Part shown: piece by piece, positions 1 to 603 of the stretch
How positions within the stretch are numbered: the first letter of the stretch is position 1
Layout of the letters: each line of letters starts with the position of its first letter
NCBI RefSeq assembly: GCF_003334255.1
Contig: NZ_QOWU01000211.1
Direction: 5' to 3' (one strand)
Origin: Escherichia coli
GTDB taxonomy: Bacteria > Pseudomonadota > Gammaproteobacteria > Enterobacterales > Enterobacteriaceae
DNA: 603 nucleotides
Notes under the pieces: generated by a model
The model's database searches: none
The model's input: only the letters and a program-made list of their open reading frames with translations
Told to the model about the DNA's origin: nothing
Made by a program: the position numbers and the translations under genes

Positions 1-117
1 TCTCAGTGGGCGGCAATAGGCGTGCTGGGGAGTCTGCTGTTTGGGCTGCTGACATATCTGACTAACCTGTATTTCAAGATTAAAGAAGACCGGCGTAAGG
101 CGGCGCGGGGAGAGTAG
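1..117 (+). CDS. essD: Phage class II pinholin, S21 family (lysis protein S), 3' portion only; 5' end lies upstream of the window
   Basis: Frame +1 reads through from base 1 with no stop until TAG 115-117, giving [38 protein letters not shown]. This is a hydrophobic helix ([17 protein letters not shown]) followed by a short, strongly basic/acidic tail. From memory it matches, nearly residue for residue, the C-terminus of phage 21 S21 pinholin and the E. coli prophage EssD/EssQ proteins; that is a recalled match, not a database hit. The symbol is a family-level label: the same protein is called essD, essQ or S depending on the prophage. Confidence 0.85.
   Translation, partial: SQWAAIGVLGSLLFGLLTYLTNLYFKIKEDRRKAARGE
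107..114 (+). promoter_or_regulatory. Shine-Dalgarno / ribosome binding site for the downstream ORF, embedded in the last codons of the holin
   Basis: GGGGAGAG at 107-114 is purine-rich and complementary to the 16S rRNA anti-SD core (GGAG). It lies about 6-9 nt upstream of ATG 121. The holin stop TAG (115-117) sits between the SD and the start, the classic layout for translational coupling. Confidence 0.6.
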
Positions 118-120
118 ACG

Positions 121-603
121 ATGAATAAACAATACGAACTGGTTGTTAAAGGGATAAATAATTACCCGGATAAGATTACTGTTACTGTAGCGCTGGAAAC
201 GGGTGGGTATACGTCACTGTTGTTGCCAAATGTGGTGATTGATCTTGATCGTGTTGAAGGTGCCCCGCTGGAGTTTTACGAAGCTGAGGCGAAAAAACAG
301 GCGAAGCAGTTTTTCATGGATATTGCTGCCGGGTTATGTGAAGGGGATGAACAGTCACAGGAAAAGTGCCTTTGTTCCGAAGATCGGTATACCATACAAA
401 TTAACAATGCATATAACACGATACTGTCAGAAAAAGATGATATCGAATCACGCATTGAAAAACTGGAGAATTGCGTCGTTGAACTGAATAAAAAACTGTC
501 GACGCTGATGCCTTCTGAAGATGCAAAAAAACGCCGCGATGAGCAGTTCGCGGCGTTTTACGATTATTGCATTGAAGTTACTCGCAGGAATTTTGTGAAG
601 GCT
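121..603 (+). CDS. Hypothetical soluble prophage protein with a C-terminal coiled coil, located between holin and the expected endolysin; possibly YdfR/DUF1327-like; 3' end beyond the window
   Basis: ATG at 121 follows a good SD and opens a frame +1 ORF with no stop through base 603 (161 codons seen): MNKQYELVVKGINNYPDKITVTVALETGGYTSLLLPNVVIDLDRVEGAPLEFYEAEAKKQAKQFFMDIAAGLCEGDEQSQEKCLCSEDRYTIQINNAYNTILSEKDDIESRIEKLENCVVELNKKLSTLMPSEDAKKRRDEQFAAFYDYCIEVTRRNFVKA. It uses typical enterobacterial codons (CTG, GAA, AAA, CGC) and has no in-frame stop over 483 nt. It has no hydrophobic stretch long enough for a TMD or signal peptide, and nothing resembling a lysozyme catalytic region. The YdfR/DUF1327 assignment rests on recalled gene order in Qin (essQ-ydfR-rrrQ) and a vaguely remembered N-terminal similarity; it is unverified. 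Confidence 0.8.
   Translation, partial: MNKQYELVVKGINNYPDKITVTVALETGGYTSLLLPNVVIDLDRVEGAPLEFYEAEAKKQAKQFFMDIAAGLCEGDEQSQEKCLCSEDRYTIQINNAYNTILSEKDDIESRIEKLENCVVELNKKLSTLMPSEDAKKRRDEQFAAFYDYCIEVTRRNFVKA

Noticed and set aside
241-250. Two GATC (Dam) sites 6 bp apart (GATCTTGATC), plus a third at 382-385
   Set aside because: GATC occurs by chance roughly every 256 bp; three in 603 bp inside coding sequence is not clearly enriched, and there is no adjacent promoter for a methylation-sensitive switch to act on.
239-487. The track ORF in frame +2 (82 aa, MILIVLKVPRWSFTKLRRKNRRSSFSWILLPGY...)
   Set aside because: It lies entirely inside the longer frame +1 ORF (121-603+), which has a proper SD and is coupled to the holin. 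Its translation is a low-complexity, Arg/Lys/Ser-rich string typical of out-of-frame reading of a real gene, and it has no SD upstream of its ATG. It is most likely a shadow ORF, though an overlapping gene cannot be strictly excluded.
525-531. A7 homopolymer (GCAAAAAAACGC) and shorter A-runs at 291-296 and 489-494 as possible programmed frameshift or slippage sites
   Set aside because: The runs encode Lys-Lys in an AT-rich gene, and there is no downstream stimulatory structure or alternative-frame ORF that a shift would open. They are most simply ordinary lysine codons.
121-603. Possibility that the downstream ORF is the SAR endolysin or an i-spanin (Rz)
   Set aside because: The N-terminus (MNKQYELVVKGINNYPDK...) has no hydrophobic signal-anchor or TMD, and there is no recognisable lysozyme catalytic region. 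Spanins normally follow the endolysin rather than the holin.
1-603. Minus-strand coding, tRNA/ncRNA, CRISPR repeats, inverted repeats or terminators
   Set aside because: No minus-strand ORF appears in the track, no direct or inverted repeat structure was evident by eye, and the only intergenic gap is 3 nt, leaving no space for a terminator or RNA gene.

Overview
The window reads as part of a lambdoid-prophage lysis cassette on the + strand. Bases 1-117 encode the C-terminal 38 codons of an S21-type class II pinholin (hydrophobic TMD2 followed by the highly charged tail ...[15 protein letters not shown], stop TAG at 115-117). Three bases later, behind a GGGGAGAG Shine-Dalgarno embedded in the holin's last codons, a second ORF starts at ATG 121 and runs off the window end (at least 161 codons, no stop). 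It is absent from the supplied ORF track, apparently only because it has no in-window stop. It is not an endolysin or a spanin: it has no transmembrane or signal-anchor segment and looks like a soluble protein with a clean four-heptad coiled coil near residues 101-130. It is AT-richer than the holin tail, so it looks like an accessory (moron) gene lodged between holin and the expected endolysin. From memory it resembles the YdfR/DUF1327 arrangement of the E. coli Qin prophage, but appears longer; I cannot verify this without a search. No RNA genes, CRISPR, mobile-element termini or convincing minus-strand coding were seen. The single track ORF (239-487, +) is judged an out-of-frame artefact.
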